NCBI GenBank assembly: GCA_965655095.1
Contig: OZ296650.1
Location: 35,154,001 to 35,218,000, forward strand
DNA from: Haplodiscus bocki
Taxonomy: Eukaryota
DNA length: 64,000 nucleotides
Reading direction: 5' to 3'
In this document: positions 50,322 through 62,200 of the stretch, one piece after another
Layout of the letters: each line of letters opens with the position of its first letter
Numbering within the stretch: position 1 is the first letter of the stretch
Position numbers and translations under genes: made by a program
Notes under the pieces: model-generated
The model's database searches: none
Told to the model about the DNA's origin: nothing
What the model saw: the letters and a program-made list of their open reading frames with translations, nothing else

Positions 50322-53300
50322 TTGTGAGGTTTTCTTAGGTGCTTGTATTTCGTTCAAGTTAGTCCTACTTCTTTCCGAAGTCGTTCCTTCTTGGGTTGCG
50401 CCTAGTCTTTGTACAAACTGCATTTGCTGTTGTTGCTGTCGACGGTTATTGAGAAAATCCACAAAGTTTCTGGCTTCTACCGATTGTCCTTGATTTGTTC
50501 GTTTACTGCTGCAGGTTTGTTGGAATTGTTGTCCTGCCACTTCAAGAACACGTTCACCTAACCGTTTGGTCTGTTGTTCTTGTATCCTTGTTGAGCGTCT
50601 CGGTGCTGTATTGTTTTCCGCATATTCATCAGATTCTTCTGAAGCGTCCGGCAAATGAGCTGTGAGGTAAGGCGGTGGTGTAAGTATTCTTCTAAGTTGT
50701 TCAGCTCTAGGAGCTTGATGAACTGTTATTGGTTCTACTGTCACAGCTGCGGCGTCGGGTTGATTGACTATTTGTGCTGGCAGTGGTTGTTGAGCTTGTG
50801 CTCCAAAAGAGATTAAGACTCGAACTGGGCTGTCCAAAGTCGGAGTTTTCTTTTCCGGCGCCACTTGGTCTTTATCCAGGAGAGAAGGGAGACCGTTGTC
50901 AAAGAAGTCTTGATCGCCTCTGTAACATCCCATTGTTGGGTCTGTCTGAAAGTTTTCCGAGTTGATGTCCTCTATGTCTGTTACCTGATTTTGAGGTTTG
51001 ATTGGACGTAGTCTAATTCGGTGGACAATTCGTGTATAATTGGTTCCAGTTTTTCTGATGAGATAGTTAGATTCGGTTAAAACTCTCTGCACTCTATACA
51101 GAGCAAGCCATTTTTGGATAAGTTTCGGGCTGGAAACTGATTGTTCTGTGAGTCGGGGGTTCAGCAATAAGCAATATGTGTGTTCTGTCAGGGGATTTGC
51201 CCTTGCCTTTTGGTCGTAATACCTCCTGTATCTGTTGAAAGATTTCGTGAGACTTTCCTTTGTATTCTGGACTTTCTTCAGCATTTCATCTCTGTGATTC
51301 CACAAAGTCATAGTTGAATGCTGATTTCTGGAAACAGTTGCTGTAGAAACGAATATCCAAAAGCGTCACCGGGTCTCGTCCATGGAATATCACCGTTGGT
51401 GCGCATCCAATTGAGGTATGATAAGATGTGTTATGGATGAATGTTGCTAAGTTTAAGTATTTGTGCCAATTTGTGAAGGTCTGGTTGCTATTTAAATTCA
51501 GGATTCGCGTTAGTGCTGCATGTGCTCTTTCTACGACACCTATTGTTTGTGGCTGTTTCAATGATGCATGAGATATTTTGATTTCGAGTGGTCGGTTGAG
51601 TGCATGGAAAAGTTCAGACACAAACTGTGTGCCTAAGTCTGAGAGTATTTCCTGTGGTATGTATTTGTGTTGGAACATAATGGGAACTAAGGCTGTTGCC
51701 ACTGAGATTGCACTTTTTTTAGTCAGCGGTGTTGCAAATGGGTATTTAGTGAGAACATCAATAGCTGTCAGAACGTACTTTTACGGTGACGATGGAAATG
51801 GTCCCAGAATGTCTATCTGCATTAGTTCTCCTGGGAACGATTTCAATGTAGGAACTTCTTGCAGTCGTAGTCTAAATCGTGAGGGTTGTACTTGCTTTAT
51901 TTGGAGGCATGTGGAACAATTTCTGATTTAATCTGCTACTAATTCCACATAGTTTGGGCAATAGAAGCGATTTCTGATTTCCTGGATGGTTCGCGTTATT
52001 CCCAAGTGTCCTCCAGTTGGGGCGTTGTGTATTCTGTACATTTTTTCAACATTGTTTTTGGCCCGCACAATTATTTGTACAACATTTTGCCATCGTGTGC
52101 AAAGTATCGCCTGTAGAGTGTTCCATTCTCTATATAATCTTCGTAACTGCTTGAGGTACTTTTGTTCTATAGAGTAAATGGTGGTTGTAGGTGCGGACTC
52201 GGTTTCCATCCATTTGAGCACTTTTGCTATCACGGAATCCGAATTTTGTTCCTTTTTCAGGTTTGTAATTGTTGTTTCCAGTTCGGGGTAGTCGTCCATC
52301 GGGTTTGTGTGTTGGGTGGCGTTCATTTCCGTTGTTTTCCTGTTGTATTTTGTCAATTGTAGTTCTTTATCTGATGTCAAACTTTTTAGCTGGTTTACTG
52401 CCTGAGCATAGTGTCCGGATTGTTTTAGGGTTATTAGTGTGTTTATATCGACTACGTGGAGTAGGTCAACCGGTAAATTGTCTGCAAAGAGCTCATTGAT
52501 TGTATTGTCTGGTAGCTCTGGTCGTACATCTATTTCAATTTCTCTGATTGAGATTCTGTCCGTAAGTTTCAATTCAATTGTTTTATTCGGGTTTGATTGC
52601 AAATGAGATAGGAAATCTGCTGCAGCATTGGCTTTTCCTGGAATGTGAGTTACCACAATGTTAAATGCTGTTACTAAATCCACATAATTCCAAAGTGATG
52701 GGGGAATTCTTTTGGCTTGGAAGAATCTGGTCAAACTTTTGTTGTCAGTCAGTATGAATACTGGTTTTTCACTTCCCCATATCAAATGAGAAAACGTTTC
52801 CAAGGCAAAGGAAAGAGATAAGAATTCCTTGCAGTATATTGACATCTTTATTTGCGCTGTATTGAAAACTTTAGATTCGAATGAGACGGGTGCATAAGAG
52901 TTAACAGTTTCTCCTTTGTTGTCTTTGACGTAGTCTTCGATCATTAGTACAAATCCGCTGAAGTGGTAACTAGCGTCACAAAGGATGGCGTATTGCATTC
53001 CCGGTTTGGCGAGTCGAAGAGTTTGTGTTGTGGTGGTTTGAAGTTTTTCTCGTAGTACTTTAAATGCATTCTCAATTTCATCTGTTATTTCAAACGAGAC
53101 ATTTTTGCGCAAATGTTTGTAGAAGGGTATGAGGTGTTCGTTCAGGTTCGGGATGAAGCTTCGAAAGAATTGTAGGAAACCTATTAGCCGTTTTACTTGT
53201 TTCACTGATTTTGATCTTTCGAGTTTCTCTTAGAAACTTTTCGATTTTGCCTTTTTCAAGTCGTAAGCTCTTTGTTATGACATTTCCAAGGAAACTAACT

Positions 53301-55132
53301 TTTTCTGATCCAAAGACACATTTTTCTGGCGATAGTTTGAGTCCTTATCTGCGTAAGCTTTTGAAGTTTTGTCGTAAATTGGGTATGAGTTGTTCAACTG
53401 ATTCCGCTCCACATCCAAAATCATCCATGAACTGTGTACAAACATTTGCTGAGAGATGTGGCTCTAAGTAGTTTTTCACAAAAGCACTGAAGCCTGTAAC
53501 TGATCTGTTCAGACCTCTAGCTAGTCTTTGGTAAGCCATAGTTCGGGAAGCAAAATTGAATGCAAGCAGCTGTACCGAAAGAGGGTCAGCCATTCTTACA
53601 CAATGGTAGGCTTGAGAGCAATCTAATTTACAAAAGATTGATTTTCCAGCAAAATGCGCTGTTGTGTCTGCCATTGTTGAAATCGGGAAATTGTTGTTAT
53701 GATAATCATGTAAGAGAAGGTGGTTAATTCGGCGTAGGTCCACTAGAATTCTGAGCTCCCCATTTGATTTGCGGTGTGCAAAGATTGGGCTACTGTATTT
53801 TGAATGGTTGAGGCTTGTAATGATTCCGAAATAATGTAAGAGGGCAAGCTCTACTTGTAGTTCTTCACGTAAGTGAATCGGCGTTGGTGGGCTTTGGGTG
53901 TAGACCGGTTGGTCATGTTCTGGGGTTAGCTTCATTGAAATCTCAGAGTTATATCCAACATCAAATCAATGTTTAGCAAAAATATCCGAAAATTTTATCA
54001 AAAAGTCTTCAATTTGCTGTCTTTCATCCACTTTAAGTATAGATTCGTTCCATTTGAATCTCTGTAGAAACTGGTTACGGTATTCATCATTAATATATGG
54101 GTCTATACTGTCTAGTTCTCTTAGCTTCTCTAGTTCATTGTAGATTTTCTTAACACTTTTCAGTGCTGTGGGGTTCTTGCATGTTCCTGGCGTTGGGAAC
54201 CAGAATCTTTTGTAGTCGGGTTTTTGTCGAGGTGGTTAAAAATCTGCATCAAATTCTTCGTCAATTATCAGCTGGATGATTTTTTTATCAAAGTCGTCTA
54301 GAGTTTTTGAATTTGGCCAATGTTAGTAGTTGTGGCTCTATCGGGGTTAACGTTTCCGCTTGTTGAAGTGAGAGAAATTTGAAAAATGCATTGTCCGAGT
54401 TTCGGGGAATAGTAATTTCTTTGGTTTGAAGGTTTAGGGCAGATAAGTACAAGTTTCCGTCAGAGTCAGTTCGTGATAATGGAGAAGTAATGCACAGTCC
54501 TGTTTTTTCTTCAAAGCTCACTTTTGGTTCTACAATACCACATACATCAGCAAATCGTTTGCTTTTCATTTGGAGGTTGCATTTTAATATAGCTTCTTGG
54601 TTGGGGGCACTAAAGCATTTTTCCATTGTTCTAATAGGGTATTGGGGTTTTCCGGATTTATCAGTTTGTGTTGATATTTCGTTCAACTGCAGCCTTAAGT
54701 CGGGTAATCTCATCAGATTCTTTCTGGGGTAAAGTTGAATGGAGTTGTTTTTGAAAAATGGATTTCCTAAAATGATACTGGTCGTGTTTGGAAGTACTAA
54801 GAAATGTTCTTTGAAATAATTTTTTGCTATTGAAAATTCGAGTTCGATTTGGCCACGCACAGGTATAAGTTGTCCTGAAGCTAATTCAACTTTACTGACC
54901 TCAGAAGGTTTTGAGATGGTCACTGTCGTTCCAAAAGATGATTTCAGGTCCTCGTAGTCTTTTTCACTGATCGCATTTGCACAGGCACCAGTATCTATCA
55001 GTGCTTTCCTTTGTTGGTTGTTAGGGAACTTCAGTGGAACATATGATAGGACATCACCTTCAAGAGAAATGCATGCTGTTTTTTCGTTTTGGTCATCCGT
55101 CTTCTCTCGTTGTTTTTCACACTGGCGTGGCT

Positions 55133-56281
55133 TCACTCGTTTTTTGGTGCGGTTTGATATGGTATTTGTTGGTTTCCGTTCGCTGGTCTCCATTGGTTAC
55201 AATCTCTTGCGTAGTGGTTTGGGTAACCACAAATGTAACATACCAGTTTGGAATATGTAGTTTCCGCTATATGCTCTCGTTTGGTCGATTCCTGGGTTTG
55301 AGGTGAATTATAGTTGGAATAGGAACTGTAGTCCTTACGGTTTTGATTACCATTGAAAAAACCTCTGTTATTATTGAAACGCCCTCGTCCTCTGTTGTTG
55401 GAATATCCTCGTCCTCTGAATCCTCGTTGGTTGTTGAATCTGTAATTGCCGCGCTGTGAGGGATTAAAACCACTATTACTACCATTGGAAATTTGGTGGC
55501 TTGGGAGGTGGAGAGTTGATTCTATTAGATAAGTCTGTTTGTTGTTGTTTCAGTTCATCTTGTTGCTGTGTAAGTTTTGTTAATGCCCCTACTAAGTTTT
55601 CTGAAAGTGTTGAAATAACCTCATTGAAGGCATATTTCGTCCAGTCGTCATTTGGACAAAGTTCGAAGAATACCATTTGGAGTCTTGCAACTGTATAAAG
55701 GTCTTGCACCGTTGCTGCCTCATTTTGGTCCATTAGCTTTTTTTTGATAAAATTTGGCATGGCGTTCGTGAAGATTTCCTTGATTCTCCTGTTTCGCTCA
55801 TTAACTGCATTGTCTAGTACTGCTTGGTTGGCATTTTGTGCGTTCTGGACTCTGTCAATTTCTGCTTGTTCATTCGGTGGGTTAGCTGGCGGAATTGGTG
55901 GTAACACTGGATCGGGTAAGCTTGTGTTGCTTTTATCTGAACTTGTTCCAAGAAGTCTTCTGGACTACCATGCTCTTGGTCAAATTCTAAGTTGTGAAGC
56001 TGTAGTATGTGGAGTTCTCGGAGGTTTGGGTTGCAGTAATGATTTCTCAGTGCCGTTATTGCTGCATCAAAGTCATCTCTGGTTGCTTGTGGTAAAGTTC
56101 GGAAGAACTGCAGGGCTTGGTCTAATAAGTGAAGTTGAAGAAACTGGGGTCGGTTGGCATTTGGGATAGTGCCAACATTAATGAGACTTTTGACAAGACT
56201 TTCGAAATCTGGCCAGTTTTCATCTGCTTTTCCGCTGAATGGGCTGAGAGTAATATGTGGTTGTGGATTTGCTGCTGCCAT
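55133..56281 (-). pseudogene. Gypsy gag (capsid, RG/N-rich region, CCHC knuckle), frameshifted
   Basis: PFSGKADENWPDF..LHLLDQALQFFRTL (retrotransposon capsid); RGFRGRGYSNNRGRGRF; CYICGYPNHYARDC at ~55198-55239; stop TGA at 55133-55135. Confidence 0.85.
55139..55145 (-). promoter_or_regulatory. -1 ribosomal frameshift heptamer A AAA AAC at the gag-pol junction
   Basis: gag codons CCA AAA AAC GAG TGA place the heptamer in X XXY YYZ phase; the protease ORF (54288-55193) is in the -1 frame. Confidence 0.75.
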
Positions 56282-56323
56282 TGTTTTCGGATAGTTGTAT
56301 TCCTCACTTCCTCCTTGTCACCA

Positions 56324-56854
56324 TTTAAGATTCCTGGGGGGGGGGGTCGTTGATATAGATCTTTGATATCTTTTCCCTTCTAGTCTTAAGACTTCAACTC
56401 CTTCTTTAGTGGCTATCTTCAGCGCGTGGCGTGAGGAAAATTTTCTTTATCTTGATTGAAGAATTTATCTCAGGAATATAGTGAACTATTCAGTAGCAAT
56501 CCCAAAATCTGCTGTCTCTCCTTAAATCTCTTATTTACAGCTTCATAAATTATCCAATCTATTTTTTGTCATCATGCGGAAATTAGAGTTCAATATAAGT
56601 TTATCTTCAATATCTCTTCTTTGCATTTAATTTCCATGCGGTTATTACATATTTATTTCTTGCCCTCTGATTTATTAGTTGTTTATTTTTCCGGATATTA
56701 ATATTTCCGGTTAGGGGAGGGTTCGTTGTCAAGAAAAGGTACATCAAAGAATCTAGTAGCTCCTAGGTTTGATGAATTAAAATTGAATTAGATTGAGATC
56801 ATGCTTTCCCAATTAGATTGTAATTAATCTTAGAATATTCGTTAGAATATTACA
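56324..56854 (-). repeat. Gypsy 5' LTR (531 bp)
   Basis: Direct repeat of 43943-44469; followed on the minus strand by TGGTGACAAGGAGG (PBS position) and the gag ATG at 56281. Confidence 0.95.
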
Positions 56855-59249
56855 CATGCTCATTAACTTTTCGCCAAATTGACTGGAATGGGAGTCATTT
56901 TTCGGCTTACTGGTTTTGACAATGTGAAGCTGTTGTTATAGAGATGCAAGTCGTTGAGGTTTGTTCTTCGCAATTTTGAACGAAGAGGGTTGTGGGCAGG
57001 ATGAACATTCTTTGCAGAATCTCCTGTGTGATGACTACAAGCCGTTTAGAGTAGGTTTCCTTCGTCAATACAAATTGGTTGTCTAATCTCAAACCTATTG
57101 AGAAGTGTAAACCCCTGAAGATATGTTGGCAATATTCAGCTACGAAGAGATTGGTCAAGAAAAACGACGTCAAATATTGGATAATGGAAACGATAATTTT
57201 GTCAAAAGATGAAGAATTATCCTTTCAAAGTCAACATCTCAGTCTACTAATATTGGAAAGTGAGGTATCATTCAAATCCTTCTTGATGCGGTCAACTTGA
57301 ACAGCGTTAATTGTTTTCTATTTTGTACGATCTGGTGTTCTTGGCAACTACAAACTTCATCTTGAAGACAATTTTTTTGTTCTGTGAGCCGGCCTCCAAG
57401 ACTGTGAATACATTTCGTTTATGGACTTTGGCAACGGTTTCAGGAGGTTTCGCAAATTTTCCTTCACCGTCTGTCTGTCTCACTTTCTTCCTTCACCAAT
57501 AGTTACAGAATTTACGTGGCCAGGCGTGTTTGAATTTTGTCTAAGTGTTGTGAAGGCAATTAAAACAAAGTTGAACTTACAACAAAATCATCCTGATATG
57601 AGTATGTGTACACCATATCGCGAGCGGGTCTATGTCTCGATTTTTTATATCTCGTGCAGCAATCGGAGGTTCGCAGGCACTTAGTTCAACATGGTTTTGA
57701 TTCCATGGCTGATGTGTCTGATCGAAAACAGCTCTTGGAAAAGATTTGATGTCGTGCCAGAGTTTGTTTTTTAAAATCACTTGTTCATTTTCTTTCGCTG
57801 ATTGGCAGTGATCGGTTTTCGTTTGGCGAAAAAATGTAATCATTATGTCGTATTGTATGGTATTGCATATCTTTTACTCAGGAATAGGTTTTGCTTTTCT
57901 TGTTTCCGATTGAACGGATGTAACAATTTGGTAGTGAGAAGCATTGTGAAACAAGAACACTTGCTGATGAATATCATCGATTGCAGATAAAAACCATATA
58001 CGTTCCTCTAGGAAATTTTATTAGACGAACTCATCCAACCTTGTCACATGCTAAAATGTCGCAGTTTCCAAAGCGCCACCAAAAGATCCTAACTATCTCG
58101 TTTGTAGCAAACGGTCTCCAGGATAATCATCAAATTGACCATTAGACTTGAACAAATGCATAATCGAATGTTGTCGTAGAGTTTGGTGACTGAAGTTTAA
58201 TTTTTTTCCAGTTTCGAAAAACAATTAAGTAGACAATCACTGCGCCTGTAACTTTTTAGGGATTTTGGAAGTAAAGAAGTAACAGGAAATTTAGATTGAA
58301 ATTGCGTTTTATAATGCCTATCATGCCTGCTGCGTAGTTGAAAGCGAAGAGGCAGGTTGTAGTTTTGTACTGACGTTTCTTCTTCCTTGTAGTTTTTGTC
58401 AACGAGAAAGGGCTTCGGTGACATTGCGCCTGTTGCGTTATCCCAACTTGGTTTATATAAGCGAGAGTACTTTTTAATGTTCCTATAAAGTGAGACTAGC
58501 GTAAACCTTTTAAACTTTGTGAAGATGACCCTTCATCAGTCGATGCTTTAACCTGGAAACAAAATGTGTTTTTGTGACTTGGGTTTGGTGTAGTTTATAG
58601 AAATTGAGTGCACGGAAGCATACTTGTGTCGAGTGTTGTAAATGCTATTCGCCGTAGATTTGAATTTTAACCAGCAATTTTTCAGCCTTCTGGACACTTC
58701 CTTCTAATTCCAAAGAAAAAGAGAAAATGTTTTTCTTTTCCTTATAATTTACCAGTAGGAGAATGTCGCACATTTCCCCTTACGTCAGTGATCAGTGAGT
58801 AAATCAGATCTAAAAATCGACAAGTATTTTGAATCCTTGCGTTTAAATAATTCATGAAGTCGTTTCACACATAAAATTCTTGTTAAATGGAGAATGGACT
58901 TCATTCTGTTTTTCTTCCCGATTGATGAACGGGAAGCTCTGGGAAAAATAAATACTCAAGTTGGGTTTTTTTCAAGTTTTACGACATGGAACACGCAGGC
59001 GATATTATCTTGCACTTGACTGCTGACATAATGAAGAGAATTTTTGGCAGCATTTTGTCGATTTTAGAACTCTGAGCAGAAGTTGGGCGCTCGAAGTCTC
59101 CGTCAAGAGGTTGGGAAACTGTCATGCTTTATTTGGCTCGTTTTGATTGGTAACGGTTATTAGGAAGATGCGAGTCCCCTTTCCAGCCCAACTTGTAAAA
59201 GAGCAAGTGATGAAACCTGAATAATAGCCATATGCGAATACTTTTTTGT

Positions 59250-62200
59250 ACAAAAACAACCTGATTACCGGGGAAGTCTGAGAAAAAAGTTTTGAAATTT
59301 GGATTGTATCTAGCTCTTCATTAACAAATCGCTTAAATGGAAAATGGTATCGACACCACAAGCAGTCAATGTGGAGAAAACTTTTAGTTGCAGTAGGGTA
59401 AGTTAAAACGAATTACAGTCTTGGTAGAGTAGTCGTTTGAGGGCCTCGTTCACCAGACGGTCAACATGGATTAACATTCGTCTTTGAGGTGGCCATCCTG
59501 CTTCTTCAAATGTCTTGGTCTGATGACAGTTGCAATATTCTTGGAACCAAGTCCTAGAGCAACATGTAGGATTTCATTTTAACGGGATCTTAATTGCCTT
59601 CCGGACGCATCGAGCCGTTATTAAATCAGAGCTTGCCCAAACCAGTACAATAATTTTAGAGACCTGAGAAAGCTTCCCAACTTTTTTCAAGAATACGGAT
59701 GACCTTTATAATGGTAATGAAAGTACAATGCAAAGGAAACAATTTCTGCCACTTTTAGAAAAATTTGCCGATAAAATAGAATGCACAACTTATAACTTTG
59801 GCTAACGTTGCTTCACCAGTTCCTCGTTGAGGGTTCTTTCGCTCATGCCACCAATTATCAATCCCGCCAGTGATGATTAAGATGACGTTTCAGTTACCAT
59901 TGAATATTTGTCCAATAATGTCGTAGCTTTGGTACTCCCACAGCTAAGAAAATCTACTTCACAACATGTTTTTTACTGGGCCTTTTTGTTTTGTGGTTGC
60001 TTCCGATGACCAATGTTCAATATTTAAATAAACTTAAGTAATTTTGGAACTCTGAGAAAATGTGTCCTGATTTTTTGCTCTTTTAGATCACTTCGTTCAA
60101 ATTGGATGGAGATAATGTATCTGGCTCTATGAATATTTTTTCGAAAATGTTGCCGGAGACAGTTCCAATCACAAGTCGCTCGCCATTACCTGTTAACTAG
60201 TTACTGTGAATTGTCAACTAGTGTTAACTAGTTGACAGTGAAAATAACCTATCAATCAATTTTTCAGTTACCGAGATTTGTCGAAGCTAAATTTGAGTGA
60301 AATTGTTGTAGGGAGTGTCAGTTGCACTGTTTCAGGTTAAACAGCGTGGCATTGATCTCAATTCCCTTGGGTTAATATTTTAACATCTTAGTATTTCCCT
60401 CGTGAAACTCATCCAATTCATTTTCTCTTTCTTATCGTGGTCCTTCTGAAAACATTGTGCAATTTTCATAATTTTCATTTCTGTTGGTTTGATATCAATA
60501 GGTGAAAAGCGTTTTTGTCGATGTTGGTGTTTCTATTGTCTTTTGTTTCTGAGATAACTCTAGATGTACTTTCTATAGTTGATAGATTACAGAATGTTTA
60601 ACTTTTTTCAACGTTTCTTGAACTTGGAATGTTTTGGCATTTCCTGTTGAGACAGTCCACCGTAAGTGGGTCCTTAAAAAAGGACTGTTATCATGACGAA
60701 ACAAAAAAGAGGGAACTTAAAAACCGGAATTTAGCTGTCGAATAGCGACAAAAACTCAGATAGCAGACACTCAGAAACAGTGAAAAAAAAGTCGTAGTAG
60801 CATAGCATTAGCAGAAAAGCGGCACCAAAAAGGACACTTACAAAATGGAAAATAACTTAGTAGGCAGACGTGCAGAACGCATTAAACATCAAAGCAAACA
60901 AAAATACGCATACAAAAAAAACAGCAGTTGAGGAACAGCCGAGTTGAATCAGCAGTTATATATCAGCACAACATCAGATAAACAACATACACCTCAAAAA
61001 AATGGTCGAGCAACGCAAAAAAGCCAGCAAGCAGTCAGTTATTATCCACACTAGGTTAACCGATTTGTGGAACAAAGTGGCGAAAAGCAAACACACAAGA
61101 ACAGAATGGAAAAACTATATGGAAATTGTCATTTGGACTCGACAACCATTGCCAGAGAACAACGTGAGAAAGCATGAAACGGCTGAATGCCACTAGCAGA
61201 AAACAAGCAAAACTCCGGAAATGCCCAAAACAGAACCACTGCAAATACCCATTACATCCTAGACAGGCGGCTAGCGCACTCGCGGACCGTTGTAAATATC
61301 AAACTTTCCAAGATCACAAAAGAGTTGAATGTTTTTCCTGAGGTGATCTTTGTTAAGATTTACGTGCAGAAGAAAGGATAAATGGAAACTCCTTTGTGGG
61401 TTTACTCAGTTGACAGTCAATTCCGATCAAATTTTGAAAACTAGAGCCTACCAAAAAAATCATTAATAATTTTTCAGAAGTATTAGATTTTCGATCAACC
61501 TCAGAAAGTATTGGGTAATAATCGCAAGTTAAGGCAGTCATTTTTTTCAGCAAGGAGATCCAACAACTCAGCAAGTCTTCCTAATGCCAATACAATAATT
61601 GGAAAAAACGTTACGTTGCTTTGTGATTGAACAATACGATATAGACTGACATTAAGAAACGTCGATCAATGTATCCTGTGAAATTTTGACGATTGAATAA
61701 TTTAAAAGCAACCGTATTGAGGTGATGAACAGGTTTTTGGTCCTATTGCTAAAGGTGACAGGCACGCCAGAAAATGTTACAGTGCTGAATCATGTGACAA
61801 CTGTTTATTTTCCCCGAAAACAATTGTTCACACTAGAAAGTCTGAAAAGGTTTCAAAGTTTGGATTGTATCTCGCTCTCAACAATTCGGCTAAACGGAAA
61901 AGGGTATCAACACTGGAAAAAGTTGATGTGGAGAACACTTTTGGTAACAAAAGGGTAAGTTAAAATGTATTACTGTCGTTTGATGTCATGATTCAGAAGG
62001 TCCAACAAGGATTAACAGCTTTCTCTCAGATGGCCATCCTCTTTCTTCAAATGTTTTGTTCTGATGACAGTTGCAATTTCAATGGAACCAAGTCCTAGAT
62101 CCTCAGCTAGGATGTCATTTTTAATGGGAACTTGATATCATTTCTAATGGGAACGAGGAATCAAGCCAAATCAGAGCTTGCCCAAACCAGTACAATGTTT

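Larger units (their letters stand above)
49875..55145 (-). pseudogene. Gypsy pol (PR-RT-RNase H-INT-macrodomain), several stops and frameshifts
   Basis: LIDTGA (PR); LVDLRRIN, KLDCSQAYH, FMDD (RT); LCDASY, LTDNK, AADFLS (RH); HNAPTGGHLG, SDLGTQF, VVERAH (INT); macrodomain in ORF 49875-51311. Confidence 0.93.
43943..56854 (-). mobile_element. Full-length env-bearing Ty3/Gypsy element (12.9 kb) with macrodomain and accessory ORFs
   Basis: TG..CA ends; perfect 5-bp TSD CATGC (43938-43942 and 56855-56859); paired ~530-bp LTRs; order gag-PR-RT-RH-INT-macro, then small ORFs, then env. Confidence 0.95.

Noticed and set aside
43943-56854. Apparent conflict between similar LTRs and many ORF lesions (trans-mobilisation)
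   Set aside because: About 2% LTR divergence over a ~12-kb interior is enough to give this number of lesions.
56860-58430. Possible older env-like relic split by the Gypsy insertion (continuing at ~42900-43937); a similar hint at ~11200-12750
   Set aside because: Only faint local resemblance, with no clear signal peptide, furin site or TM; needs a profile search.
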